From Desulfocapsa sp. (lineage in GTDB: Bacteria > Desulfobacterota > Desulfobulbia > Desulfobulbales > Desulfocapsaceae): a stretch of DNA of 64,000 nucleotides. The stretch lies in assembly GCA_022712975.1 (NCBI GenBank), contig JAFLJO010000072.1:1294-65293 (forward strand), given 5' to 3'. Numbering within the stretch: position 1 is the first letter of the stretch; each line of letters starts with the position of its first letter. Of the stretch, positions 29,448-38,643 are shown in pieces. The notes beneath the pieces were generated by a model. The model ran no database searches and was not told the origin of the DNA. It saw only the letters and a program-made list of their open reading frames with translations. The position numbers were made by a program, and so were the translations under genes.

Positions 29448-30074
29448 CTAAACCGCAGCGAATGGAAAATCAGGCTCTTTTAAAAGCTTGACCATACGTT
29501 TCTTTGACTTTGTTTTCAGATCATGGAAATCAACCAGTGTCTCAATGGTATCCAAAACTTCCTCTTCCGTCACTTTTGCTTTGATCCGCATGGCAATCTG
29601 CGGTATTGGGCCACCTTTTCCACCAACGTAGACATTATACCCGGCTCGGGATGCCATGACTGAAATATCAGTGAGTTTTGTCCCGGCACAACCAATGGGA
29701 CAGGCAGCAAGGGATATTTTAAATTTTGCCTTGGTCTTTTCCCGACCACCGAATCGTTCAAGAATTTTTCGGCTTAACTCTTCGGTGTCCACCAGACCCA
29801 GATTACAGTGGGGCTTTCCTACACAGATTCGTGGCAGGGGAAATTTCCCCGGCCCTTTGAAATTTGCTCCAAGCGCTGCAAGTGTTTCTTTTACATGGCT
29901 AACAGCAGACTCCGGAACATTGATAAGCCTCATGTTTTGAGTTAAGGAAAGGTAAATTCCAAAGCCGTATTGTTCCGCAAGATTATGGGCAGCCTGCATC
30001 ATATCCAGCGGCAACCTCCCGGCAGGCAATAACAGCGTGATACTTATCCCAAAGGCATTTTCATCGTCACTCAT
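29448..30074 (-). CDS. small nitrite/sulfite-reductase-type siroheme [4Fe-4S] protein (low-molecular-weight assimilatory-type sulfite reductase-like)
   Basis: 208 aa with CVGKPHC (CX5C) and CPIGC (CX3C) cluster/siroheme motifs. Confidence 0.6.
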   Translation of the reverse strand: MSDDENAFGISITLLLPAGRLPLDMMQAAHNLAEQYGFGIYLSLTQNMRLINVPESAVSHVKETLAALGANFKGPGKFPLPRICVGKPHCNLGLVDTEELSRKILERFGGREKTKAKFKISLAACPIGCAGTKLTDISVMASRAGYNVYVGGKGGPIPQIAMRIKAKVTEEEVLDTIETLVDFHDLKTKSKKRMVKLLKEPDFPFAAV

Positions 30075-30486
30075 ATCGTTACATTCCTCACTTGACTTTA
30101 ATGAATCTTTTCAGCTAGTTACCTAGCGTACATTTCGTAGTATCCATACATCCGGTTACGGATTCCATTGCATGAGATTGTAAAATACCACTTTGTTGTA
30201 GTATTTTCAATAAACAGGTTTTTCAGCTATGGACATTGCAGAAGGTTGTTCGCCTGTTTCTCCACGGAATGAATATATTTTTTTACTGTACTATTGAGGA
30301 ATACAATTGTCTGGCAGGCGAACAGATACCCGAACCAGTATGGAGAAAAGATTTCCAACGGATCGTTTAAAAGAAATAATGCATGCTGAGTAAAAAAAAT
30401 TTGGTTCCTGCACATTCGTGTGATAGGCTTTTTACAGTGTTTATATTTATGCAGGCAATTACTCATCAAACCATAGGAACGAAAAT

Positions 30487-32580
30487 ATGCTAAAGCTAAA
30501 TGACATTAAAATGAAACCCAAATTGATTTTCTTTTTTTTATTAACAGGTATCATTCCCCTAGTTGTTGTTGGCTGGTGTGCAAGTCAGAAAGCGACAGAG
30601 GCACTTATGCTAAAATCATTCAACCAACTGGAATCATCACGTTGTGTAAAAAAGCATCAGGTTGAAAACTTCTTTCATGAACGTATGCAAGATATCGAAA
30701 TTTTGTCAAAGAGTGCTGAAACGCACATGTTAATATACTACTTTGAAAAATACCTTGATGATTATGATATTCAGGCAGATGCACCCTATGATGTGTCTAC
30801 ACCAGAATACAAACAGATATGGAAAGGAAAGGGAGGGGGTTTAGCTGTTTATATGAATGACTACGGTTATTATGATGTTTTCATCATTAGTGCTAAATAT
30901 GGCCACGTAATGTATACAGCAGCTAAAGAAGCCGATCTTGGCACAAACCTTAGTGTTGGACCATACAGGAACAGTGGCTTGGCTAAGGTGTGGCAACGCG
31001 TCGTAGAAACAAAGAAAGCAGTGTTTCAAGATTTTGCACCTTATGCACCAAGCAACAACGAACCAGCTGCATTTATCGGTTACCCTGTTTTTGATACTAA
31101 CGGAATCGTAACGAGTGTTGTTGCCTTGCAGCTTTCTATAGAGGCAATCAATGAGATCATGCAGCAACGGGAAGGCATGGGGGAAACCGGAGAAACATAC
31201 CTGGTCGGTCAAGATAAACTGATGCGCTCCGATTCATTTCTTGACCCGCAAAGCCGTTCAGTTAAATCGTCTTTTGCAGGAAGTGTCGCTGATAACGGTG
31301 TTGATACTAAGGCAAGTCGGGAAGGCTTAAAAGGGAATATCGGAGCGGAAATAATTGTCGACTATAATGGCATTCCGGTTCTTACAGCATATACTTCTGT
31401 ACACGTAGGAGATACTACTTGGGCACTCATTGCTAAAATTGATAAAGCAGAGGTCAAGAAACCTATACAAGAGATGGTTCGGAGTATTTTTATTATAGCG
31501 ATTGTCGCAATCATTCTTATTATTTTGTGTGCTCTTGTGATCGCCTCTAAGATAGCAAAGCCATTAACCCAGACAGTGGATTTTGCCAAAATCATTTCAG
31601 GTGGCGATTTGACAAAACAGTTAGATATTCAGCAAAAAGATGAAATCGGTCTGCTGGCAAAAGCATTAAATGAAATGGGTGCTAATCTTCGTGTAATGTT
31701 TCAGGATATTTCCAGCGGTATACAAACACTGTCTTCTGCTTCAACTGAACTTTCAGCAATATCCAACCAGATGTCTGCTAATTCTGCACAGACAACCGGC
31801 AAAGCGAATGCTGTTGCAGCAGCAGCTGAAGAGATGAGTGTGAATATGGACTCTGTCGCCGCTGCCTCAGAGGAAACCTCTGTCAATGTCAACATGGTCG
31901 CTGCGGCAGCTGAAGAAATGAGTACCACAATCGTAGAAATTGCTGCAAACACTGAAAAGACTCAATCTATAACTACGACGGCCGTTACTCAATCTCAGGA
32001 TGCTTCCAATCAAATTAATGAGCTTGGTGCTGCTGCCAAGGAGGTGGGTAAAGTAACGGAAACAATCACGGAAATCTCAGAACAAACAAACCTGCTTGCA
32101 CTTAATGCAACAATTGAAGCTGCACGTGCTGGAGAGGCTGGTAAGGGATTTGCCGTTGTTGCTAACGAAATCAAAGATCTTGCCAAGCAGACATCAAAAG
32201 CCACTGCTGAAATTAAAGATAAAATTTCTAAAATTCAGGCTGCAACCGGAAATTCTGTAACAGAAATCACCAAGATTACAGGCGTAATCAGTGAAGTCAG
32301 CGAAATGGTCGCTGCAGTTGCAGTGACTGTTGAAGAACAAAAAAATGCCACTCAGGAAATAGCAGAGAATGTCTCTCAGGCCTCTCAAGGTATCCAGGAA
32401 GTAAATGAAAATGTAGCTCAAGCCTCATCTGCAACCGGAGAAGTGGCTGCTGATATTGCAGAAGTCGGGCAATCTTCCAGTGAAATTAATGCCAGCAGCA
32501 CAAAAGTAAATGCGAGTGCCAAGGAGTTGAGTGAACTGGCAGAGAAATTGACTGGCATGGTTGGTCGGTTCAAAGTGTGA
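30487..32580 (+). CDS. methyl-accepting chemotaxis protein (Cache-type periplasmic sensor, HAMP, MCP signalling domain)
   Basis: Two TM segments, a HAMP region, and the highly conserved hairpin [35 protein letters not shown]. Confidence 0.9.
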   Translation: MLKLNDIKMKPKLIFFFLLTGIIPLVVVGWCASQKATEALMLKSFNQLESSRCVKKHQVENFFHERMQDIEILSKSAETHMLIYYFEKYLDDYDIQADAPYDVSTPEYKQIWKGKGGGLAVYMNDYGYYDVFIISAKYGHVMYTAAKEADLGTNLSVGPYRNSGLAKVWQRVVETKKAVFQDFAPYAPSNNEPAAFIGYPVFDTNGIVTSVVALQLSIEAINEIMQQREGMGETGETYLVGQDKLMRSDSFLDPQSRSVKSSFAGSVADNGVDTKASREGLKGNIGAEIIVDYNGIPVLTAYTSVHVGDTTWALIAKIDKAEVKKPIQEMVRSIFIIAIVAIILIILCALVIASKIAKPLTQTVDFAKIISGGDLTKQLDIQQKDEIGLLAKALNEMGANLRVMFQDISSGIQTLSSASTELSAISNQMSANSAQTTGKANAVAAAAEEMSVNMDSVAAASEETSVNVNMVAAAAEEMSTTIVEIAANTEKTQSITTTAVTQSQDASNQINELGAAAKEVGKVTETITEISEQTNLLALNATIEAARAGEAGKGFAVVANEIKDLAKQTSKATAEIKDKISKIQAATGNSVTEITKITGVISEVSEMVAAVAVTVEEQKNATQEIAENVSQASQGIQEVNENVAQASSATGEVAADIAEVGQSSSEINASSTKVNASAKELSELAEKLTGMVGRFKV

Positions 32581-32601
32581 TTCATATTGAAAAAGGTGTT
32601 T

Positions 32602-32761
32602 AGGAACGTACACTAAATAACTTGAACATCTTACTTGCCCTTTGTTCCGCCACCTGCACCTGAAAAAAACGTTACATACTGGTAGTATGCAAAGTTTTTC
32701 CAGGTACAGGTGACGAAAAAATTGCGGCGTAATATGTTCAAGTTATTTAGCTCCCGTTCCT
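32602..32761 (+). repeat. F2 element (MITE-like / long hairpin), complete copy
   Basis: The termini are AGGAACGTACACTAAATAACTTGAACA ... TGTTCAAGTTATTTAGCTCCCGTTCCT, flanked by TTA on both sides. The interior has the inverted repeat CACCTGCACCTGAAAAA / TTTTTCCAGGTACAGGTG. Confidence 0.8.
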
Positions 32762-32780
32762 TATCATTGACACGACACGG

Positions 32781-32811
32781 GCAAACCTGTTTGCTATACG
32801 AACAGGTTTGC
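32781..32811. repeat. perfect 11-bp-stem hairpin GCAAACCTGTT-(9)-AACAGGTTTGC
   Basis: Read directly; lies at the truncated 3' edge of the IS1-like remnant. Confidence 0.6.
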
Positions 32812-32829
32812 TTGTGAACTTAAATGGAT

Positions 32830-33304
32830 GCGTAATATTGAAACTGGCTCCTCGCTGGATCGAGCAAGTAATGGTTGCTACCTCATAGAAGATTCCTGGT
32901 TTTGTATCTCGCTTGCCAGTAACACAACCGATGAATTTTCGCCTACTTCGATCAACAACAATCCAAATCCAGCAATAATTTTTTTCTGCCCAACATAGCT
33001 GTGCATCTCGTCAATCTCGATGACTTTAATTGCTGAATCACTCCTGATCTCATCTAACTTTTCCCCGAACTCTCTTATCCAGTTATAGACGGATACATGA
33101 CTGACTTTTAGTACTCTTCCTATTGATCGAGTAGTTTAAACCTTCAAGGTACAACACAAGTGCTTGGCGTTTTTGTTCCTTAGGGGCACCACGATTGGCG
33201 ACTGTATAATTATACCCACAATCCTTGCATTTCCATCTTTGACGCCCCTTTACGATTCCTGATTTTGTGGCAACAACGTGAGAGCATCTTGGGTAAGGGA
33301 ACAT
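32830..33304 (-). mobile_element. IS1-family transposase remnant (InsA-like zinc finger + frameshifted, truncated InsB-like DDE part)
   Basis: Starts MFPYPRCSHVVATKSGIVKGRQRWKCKDCGYNYT...LYLEGL. After frameshifts it reads GRVLKVSHVSVYNWIREFGEKL...VIEIDEMHSYVGQKKNYCWIWIVVDRSRRKFIGCVTGKRD. It ends prematurely. Confidence 0.7.
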
Positions 33305-33385
33305 GATGCCCTGCGGGCAGAAGGTATTCGGTATGCGGTTTTCAGCAAGCAACATAGGAACAACTCCCACAGAAACTTTGATTTT
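33299..33385 (-). repeat. F1 dispersed repeat, single arm, box end overlapping the ATG of the IS1 insA-like ORF
   Basis: GAACATGATGCCCTGCGGGCAGAAGGTATTCGGTATGCGGTTTTCAGCAAGCAACATAGGAACAACTCCCACAGAAACTTTGATTTT. Confidence 0.85.
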
Positions 33386-33425
33386 CCTATACATGAACGA
33401 TGCTTTTTTTCGTTTAAGGGTGGCT

Positions 33426-34439
33426 TTATTTCCAGACGCCTGCAATCTTTTCCCCACAATCGCAGCAGCAGCCATTGACCACTCTGTTTTTTCGGATCTT
33501 GAAACCAAACCTACTGATCAGTTCCGTTCCGCAGGATGGACAGTAGGTATTTTCACCACCTTCTCCTTGAATATTCCCTTCATAGACAAAATGTAAGCCC
33601 TCTTCAAGACCGATATCTCTGGCTCTGCGAAGAGTAGCCACCGGGGTGGGATTCCGATCCACCATTTTGTAAGTGGGATAAAAGGCGGTCACATGCCAGG
33701 GAATCCCCGGATCGATTTCCTTTATAAACTTTGCGATATCAAGCAGTTCATCAGGTGAGTCATTGAGGCCGGGAATGAGCAGTGTGGTCACTTCAACCCA
33801 CACTCCAAGCTCATGCATGAGCCGAACATTGTCAAGTACCGGCTGGAGTCTGGCCTTGCACACCTTCTTGTAGAAATCATCCGTAAATGCTTTGATATCA
33901 ATATTAATGCCGTCAAGTACTGAAGACAGGTGACGGGTAACATCTGGAGCCATATAACCGTTGCTAACAAAGATATTTTTTAGCTGCCGGTCATGGGCGA
34001 GTTTTGCACAGGAGTGGGCAAATTCATAGAAAACTGTTGGTTCCACATAGGTGTAGCTGATGCTTGCGCAATCTGCCTGCACCGCATCCTCAACCACTGA
34101 TTCCGGTGTACGTTCTCTGCCGTTTATGTCTCCGCTGTACTGGTGAGGATATTGGGAAATATTGTAGTTCTGGCAGTGTAGACAGTGAAAGTTACATCCC
34201 ACTGTGGAGATGGAATAGGAACGGCTTCCGGGCAGAAATTGAAAAAGAGGTTTTTTTTCAATGGGATCAACATTTTCGACCACCAGACGACCGTATACCA
34301 AACTGTACAGTTTTCCAGCCTGGTTTTCCCGTACCCCACAGATACCACGCTTTCCCACCTTAATATGGCAATAATGGTTGCACAGTCTACAAATTACCTC
34401 ACCTTCCTTACCGGACTGATAAAACATTGCTTCATGCAT
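33426..34439 (-). CDS. AmmeMemoRadiSam-system-type radical SAM enzyme (PFL-activase-like)
   Basis: Start taken at MHEAMFYQ. It has an N-terminal CRLCNHYCHI Cys cluster, the radical SAM motif CNFHCLHCQN, and a C-terminal CPSCG...CCDCG. Confidence 0.7.
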   Translation of the reverse strand: MHEAMFYQSGKEGEVICRLCNHYCHIKVGKRGICGVRENQAGKLYSLVYGRLVVENVDPIEKKPLFQFLPGSRSYSISTVGCNFHCLHCQNYNISQYPHQYSGDINGRERTPESVVEDAVQADCASISYTYVEPTVFYEFAHSCAKLAHDRQLKNIFVSNGYMAPDVTRHLSSVLDGINIDIKAFTDDFYKKVCKARLQPVLDNVRLMHELGVWVEVTTLLIPGLNDSPDELLDIAKFIKEIDPGIPWHVTAFYPTYKMVDRNPTPVATLRRARDIGLEEGLHFVYEGNIQGEGGENTYCPSCGTELISRFGFKIRKNRVVNGCCCDCGEKIAGVWK

Positions 34440-34523
34440 AGTTTCTACCCTTTTTATCATCTCGCTTGATCTGCTATATGAGCACCTCGTCAATTGTAAA
34501 AGTGCCATTCTATTCTCTCATTT

Positions 34524-35396
34524 TCAGGTATCTTCACCTGCAATTAGTTCTATTACGCGCTCAAGATCGTCCAGTGAGTAATATTCGATTTCCAACTTTC
34601 CACGGCTTCCATTTTGAATGAGTTGCACTTTTGAATGCAATTTATTTGTAACTCTATTTAAAAGAGAATTAGAGAATGATTCTGGAATCGCTGTGGATTG
34701 TTTCTGGCTTGTATTTCTGTTAACAGATTGTTCTTGCTTCATACGAGAAGTAAGCTTTTCTGCCTGACGTACCGACATCCCTTTATTAACAATCTGATCT
34801 CTAGCTGTTTTCATCGCAGCAGGATCATCGGACAGTCGCAAAATAGCACGAGCATGCCCTTCTGAGAGCCTCCTTTGTGCGATATCATCTTGTATAAAAT
34901 CAGGTAGTTGGAGGAGTCTCAAGCGATTTGTCACAGTGGATCTTTTCTTTCCTACTTTTTCGGCGGCCTGCTCCTGAGTATAGGCGAAAATCTTGATCAA
35001 CTTTTCGTAGGCATGTGCCTCTTCAATGGGATTTAAATCCTGACGCTGTACGTTTTCAATAAGAGCCAGTTCAAGCAATTCATCATCACCACTTATCTCT
35101 CTTGTCACCACTGGTACGCTTTCAAGATTAATGAGCTGTGATGCACGTAAACGTCTTTCACCTGCAATCAAGCCATACGTTCCATCACTGTTTGAAACGA
35201 CTACAAGAGGCTGAATAATTCCTTTCTCTTGTATTGAATCAGCTAACTCCCGCAAACTCTCTTTATCAAAATGTTTCCTTGGTTGGAATTGGTTCGGAAT
35301 TATTTTGTCTATATCGCAGGAGAAAAACTTTTCCTCTTCCTGCTCCTGATTAAAGAGGAGGTCAACTCCCCTGCCCAATCCTTTCATCTTTACCAT
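34524..35396 (-). CDS. parB: chromosome partitioning protein ParB
   Basis: GLGRG, IPNQFQPRK, GIIQPLVV and LIAGERRLRA (ParB box) motifs, plus an HTH region. Confidence 0.9.
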   Translation of the reverse strand: MVKMKGLGRGVDLLFNQEQEEEKFFSCDIDKIIPNQFQPRKHFDKESLRELADSIQEKGIIQPLVVVSNSDGTYGLIAGERRLRASQLINLESVPVVTREISGDDELLELALIENVQRQDLNPIEEAHAYEKLIKIFAYTQEQAAEKVGKKRSTVTNRLRLLQLPDFIQDDIAQRRLSEGHARAILRLSDDPAAMKTARDQIVNKGMSVRQAEKLTSRMKQEQSVNRNTSQKQSTAIPESFSNSLLNRVTNKLHSKVQLIQNGSRGKLEIEYYSLDDLERVIELIAGEDT

Positions 35397-35405
35397 TTTT
35401 TCACC

Positions 35406-36206
35406 TTATTTCTGTCGTCGTACAAATTCTCTTGCCAGTTTGATGTATGCCTGAGCACCTGTGGATTTGACATCATATTCGATAACTGATTGACCATGAC
35501 TTGGACATTCACTCAATCTGACATTTCGCGGTATAACCGTCTTGAAAACCTGATCACCAAAATGTTTCTTAATTTCCTTTTCAACCTGGAACGTGAGCCG
35601 GTTCCGTTTGTCAAACATGGTTAAGAGCAACCCTTCTATAAAAAGCTTCTTGTTGAGGGATTTTTTCACAGAACGGATCGTTTTGATCAGTTGGGCCAGG
35701 CCTTCCATGGCAAAATACTCACATTGCATAGGAATGAGCACCGAATCGGCAGCAGTTAGACTGTTTATTGTGAGCAAACCAAGGGAAGGAGGGCAATCAA
35801 TAACAATATAATCAAAGTCTTTTCGTACATTTTCGAGCATTTTTTTGAGAACATACTCTCGCTGTTTGACGGGAAAGAGTTCCATCTCGGCTGCCGCAAG
35901 GTCAATACCAGAGGGCACTATTGTCAACTTCACCTTCTTGTTTGGCACTATCAGGACATCTTCAATTGGAATCTCCTGAGTGTAACAGTGGTAGAGTTGG
36001 TATTTATAGTCCCCTTGACGCACTCCAACACCGGACGACGAGTTGCCCTGAGGATCAGAGTCGACCAACAGCACCTTTTTTTTCTTGCGAGCCAGGGCTG
36101 CAGAAAGATTTATAGCAGATGTGGTTTTGCCGACACCACCTTTCTGGTTGGCAATGGCAATTATTTTTCCAATGGTCACAATTGATATCTCTCGGTAAAA
36201 AAACAC
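35406..36206 (-). CDS. parA: chromosome partitioning ATPase ParA/Soj
   Basis: Deviant Walker A IAIANQKGGVGKTT, and VLLVDSDPQGN. The true start is probably the GTG near 36179. Confidence 0.9.
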   Translation of the reverse strand: MFFYREISIVTIGKIIAIANQKGGVGKTTSAINLSAALARKKKKVLLVDSDPQGNSSSGVGVRQGDYKYQLYHCYTQEIPIEDVLIVPNKKVKLTIVPSGIDLAAAEMELFPVKQREYVLKKMLENVRKDFDYIVIDCPPSLGLLTINSLTAADSVLIPMQCEYFAMEGLAQLIKTIRSVKKSLNKKLFIEGLLLTMFDKRNRLTFQVEKEIKKHFGDQVFKTVIPRNVRLSECPSHGQSVIEYDVKSTGAQAYIKLAREFVRRQK

Positions 36207-36385
36207 TGCATTGATTTCTTTGTCACTCTTTTGTATCCCATTTCAACGGTAACCACAATGTTTTTGACTCAGACACCTCCTTTTCCTGGAAATTTCTTTT
36301 TTTTGATCCAAACACAAGCCTTTTCTTGCCTTTATTCCTTCACGAGGATAAGTTAAAGACAAAGTTTTTATATGTGAGGTCTTCT

Positions 36386-36403
36386 ATGTTTCACGTGAAA
36401 CAT
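36386..36403. promoter_or_regulatory. perfect 18-bp palindrome ATGTTTCACGTGAAACAT just upstream of nadB (candidate operator or mRNA hairpin)
   Basis: Read directly; 16-33 nt upstream of the ATG at 36419, next to the TGAGGT RBS. Confidence 0.35.
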
Positions 36404-36418
36404 TGCATGAGGTATGAT

Positions 36419-38062
36419 ATGGATTGTGATTTTCTTGTTATTGGTAGCGGAATTGCCGGGCTGTCCTATGCACTAAAGTGTGCAGAACTGGGGACAGTGG
36501 TTGTGGTGACAAAAAAGAAGGATGTGGATACAGCAACCAATTTGGCGCAAGGTGGAATTGCAGCTGTTCTTGGAAAGGATGATAGCATTACTTCCCATAT
36601 GGAAGATACAATCCTTTCAGGTGCAGGTTTGTGCGATGAGGCTGTTGTCGAGGTGGTAGTTGAGGGCGGTTCGGATCGAATCGCAGAGCTTGTAGCCTAT
36701 GGTGTGGATTTTGTGAGAGATCAGGCGAATTCTTCGGGGTACTCTCTTGGGCGTGAAGGTGGACACAGTCATAGGCGAGTAGCTCATGCATATGATTTGA
36801 CTGGGAGAGAAATTGAAAGGGCATTGCTGGGAAAGGTTCGAGAGCATAGCCGGATACACATGCTTGAAGAACATGTAGTTGTGGATTTGTTGCTGGCTAA
36901 AGGCGAGATTGAGGGCTGGGAGAGCCAAGACAGAAAGATGTGCGTCGGGGCTTATGTGATGGATGGAGGCAAGGTAAAGCCCTATCGAGCAAAAATGACT
37001 GTGCTTTGTACTGGAGGAGTTGGGAAGGTGTATTTATATACTACGAATCCCAATATAGCGACGGGAGATGGTATTGCAATGGCATTCCGAGCGGGAGCCT
37101 CAGTACAAAACATGGAATTTGTTCAGTTCCACCCAACATGTCTTTATCATCCTCAAGAAAAAAACTTCCTTATATCTGAGGCCGTTAGAGGGGAAGGTGG
37201 TGTCTTGGTCGGAGTTGATGGTGTCCCGTTCATGGCAAAATATGACGAGCGTAAAGATCTTGCGACCAGAGATACAGTGGCAAGAGCCATAGATAAGGAA
37301 TTGAAAGAAACCGGTGAAGACTGTGTCTATTTGGATATTAGTCATCGTGATCCGGAATATTTAAAAAAAAGGTTTCCTACAATTTATAAAAAATGCTTGT
37401 CCAGAGGTATAGATATAACTAAGGACAAAATTCCTGTAGTACCGGCTGCGCATTATATGTGCGGTGGGGTTAAAACCGATACATTTGGAAGAAGCACAGT
37501 TCCGGGATTATTAGTCCTTGGAGAAACAGCTTGTACGGGATTACATGGTGGTAATAGACTTGCGAGTAATAGTTTACTCGAAGCGGTAGTTTTTGCACAT
37601 AGGGCTGCGAAGTATTGCACCAGGATTTGGCCTGTGTTGAAAGAGGAAAAAAGAGGGCCAGTTGATGACTGGATTAGTGGTAATGCGAGAAAACTGAGTG
37701 AGGAAATTTTAATTAATCATAACTGGGATTCGATTAGAAGAGTAATGTGGAACTATGTTGGGATTGTTCGATCCATGGAGCGGTTAGCACTTGCGAGAAA
37801 GCGAATGGAATTTATTTATGCTGAAATTGATCTCCACTACCGTGAATATATAGTGACGCCTAATATGGTGGAATTACGTAACATATCAATGGTTGCCCTG
37901 CTTATAATTCAGTCGGCAATGCAACGTAAAGAATCCAGAGGATTACATTATCTAATCGATTATCCAGAGAAATCAGAACAGGTACGACAGACAGTTTTTC
38001 GGAAAAAGAATGCTGGATTTACGAGGGAAATAGAAATCTTAGAGGGGACAAACAATGGGTAA
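36419..38062 (+). CDS. nadB: L-aspartate oxidase
   Basis: MDCDFLVIGSGIAGLSYA dinucleotide fold, AQGGIAA, GGHSHRR, RGEGG and GGNRLASNSLLE blocks. The start was chosen at the ATG preceded by GAGGT. Confidence 0.9.
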   Translation: MDCDFLVIGSGIAGLSYALKCAELGTVVVVTKKKDVDTATNLAQGGIAAVLGKDDSITSHMEDTILSGAGLCDEAVVEVVVEGGSDRIAELVAYGVDFVRDQANSSGYSLGREGGHSHRRVAHAYDLTGREIERALLGKVREHSRIHMLEEHVVVDLLLAKGEIEGWESQDRKMCVGAYVMDGGKVKPYRAKMTVLCTGGVGKVYLYTTNPNIATGDGIAMAFRAGASVQNMEFVQFHPTCLYHPQEKNFLISEAVRGEGGVLVGVDGVPFMAKYDERKDLATRDTVARAIDKELKETGEDCVYLDISHRDPEYLKKRFPTIYKKCLSRGIDITKDKIPVVPAAHYMCGGVKTDTFGRSTVPGLLVLGETACTGLHGGNRLASNSLLEAVVFAHRAAKYCTRIWPVLKEEKRGPVDDWISGNARKLSEEILINHNWDSIRRVMWNYVGIVRSMERLALARKRMEFIYAEIDLHYREYIVTPNMVELRNISMVALLIIQSAMQRKESRGLHYLIDYPEKSEQVRQTVFRKKNAGFTREIEILEGTNNG

Positions 38063-38633
38063 GCAGTTAGTTATTTCTGTTATGTCAAAGGATAGGCCGG
38101 GGATTATAGCAGATATTGCAACAGTGATTTATGATCTGGGTGGGGATTTAGCTGATTTAAATCAGTCGGTGCTCGGTGGATATTTTACAATGTTATTAAT
38201 AGCTGAATTCGAAAAAAATATTACACCAGCGGATCTTTTTTCTGGTTTTTCCAATATAGAATCAGAAACGAAAATTGAAGCAAATATAAAAGAAATGGAG
38301 GTTAAGCTTGAAGTTGAGAAAAAACTGTTACCGAGAGAAACCTTTATTGTTACTGTGCAGGGAGACAATAGAAAAGGCCTCGTGAAAGCAATGGGTGACT
38401 TTTTTTATGGTAACAATATCAACGTGTTGGACTTGGCAACTACTCGGGAAGATGATAAATATACAATGATCTTTCAGGTTGATTTAACCAGTGTGCCATC
38501 CATGGAAGCATTCCGGGATAATTTAAATTCTCTTGCGGATCAGGAAAAATTGAATCTGGTTATCCAGCATAATGACATTTTTATGGCCACCAATGAAGTG
38601 GGCACACAACTCGAAATTTTAAAATCTGATTAA
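38055..38633 (+). CDS. tandem ACT-domain protein (UPF0237-like)
   Basis: Two ACT-like halves (VISVMSKDRPGIIADI... and TVQGDNRKGLVKAM...). It overlaps the nadB stop and precedes the UPF0210 gene, a recurrent gene pair. Confidence 0.65.
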   Translation: MGKQLVISVMSKDRPGIIADIATVIYDLGGDLADLNQSVLGGYFTMLLIAEFEKNITPADLFSGFSNIESETKIEANIKEMEVKLEVEKKLLPRETFIVTVQGDNRKGLVKAMGDFFYGNNINVLDLATTREDDKYTMIFQVDLTSVPSMEAFRDNLNSLADQEKLNLVIQHNDIFMATNEVGTQLEILKSD

Positions 38634-38643
38634 GGAGAGTAGT

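Noticed and set aside
33299-33385. F1 as the terminal inverted repeat / 5' end of the IS1-family element, making F1 palindromes classical MITEs of that IS
   Set aside because: In the IS remnant, the GAACAT box is the inner end (at the transposase ATG) and the AAAGTTTC tail is outermost. In the two-arm copy at 8028-8221 the GAACAT boxes are outermost. The orientations are therefore opposite to what an internal-deletion MITE would show.
36207-36418. Possible replication origin next to parAB
   Set aside because: No cluster of DnaA-box-like 9-mers (TTATCCACA and variants) or AT-rich 13-mers was seen in the parA-nadB spacer. dnaA, dnaN and gid genes are absent from the window.
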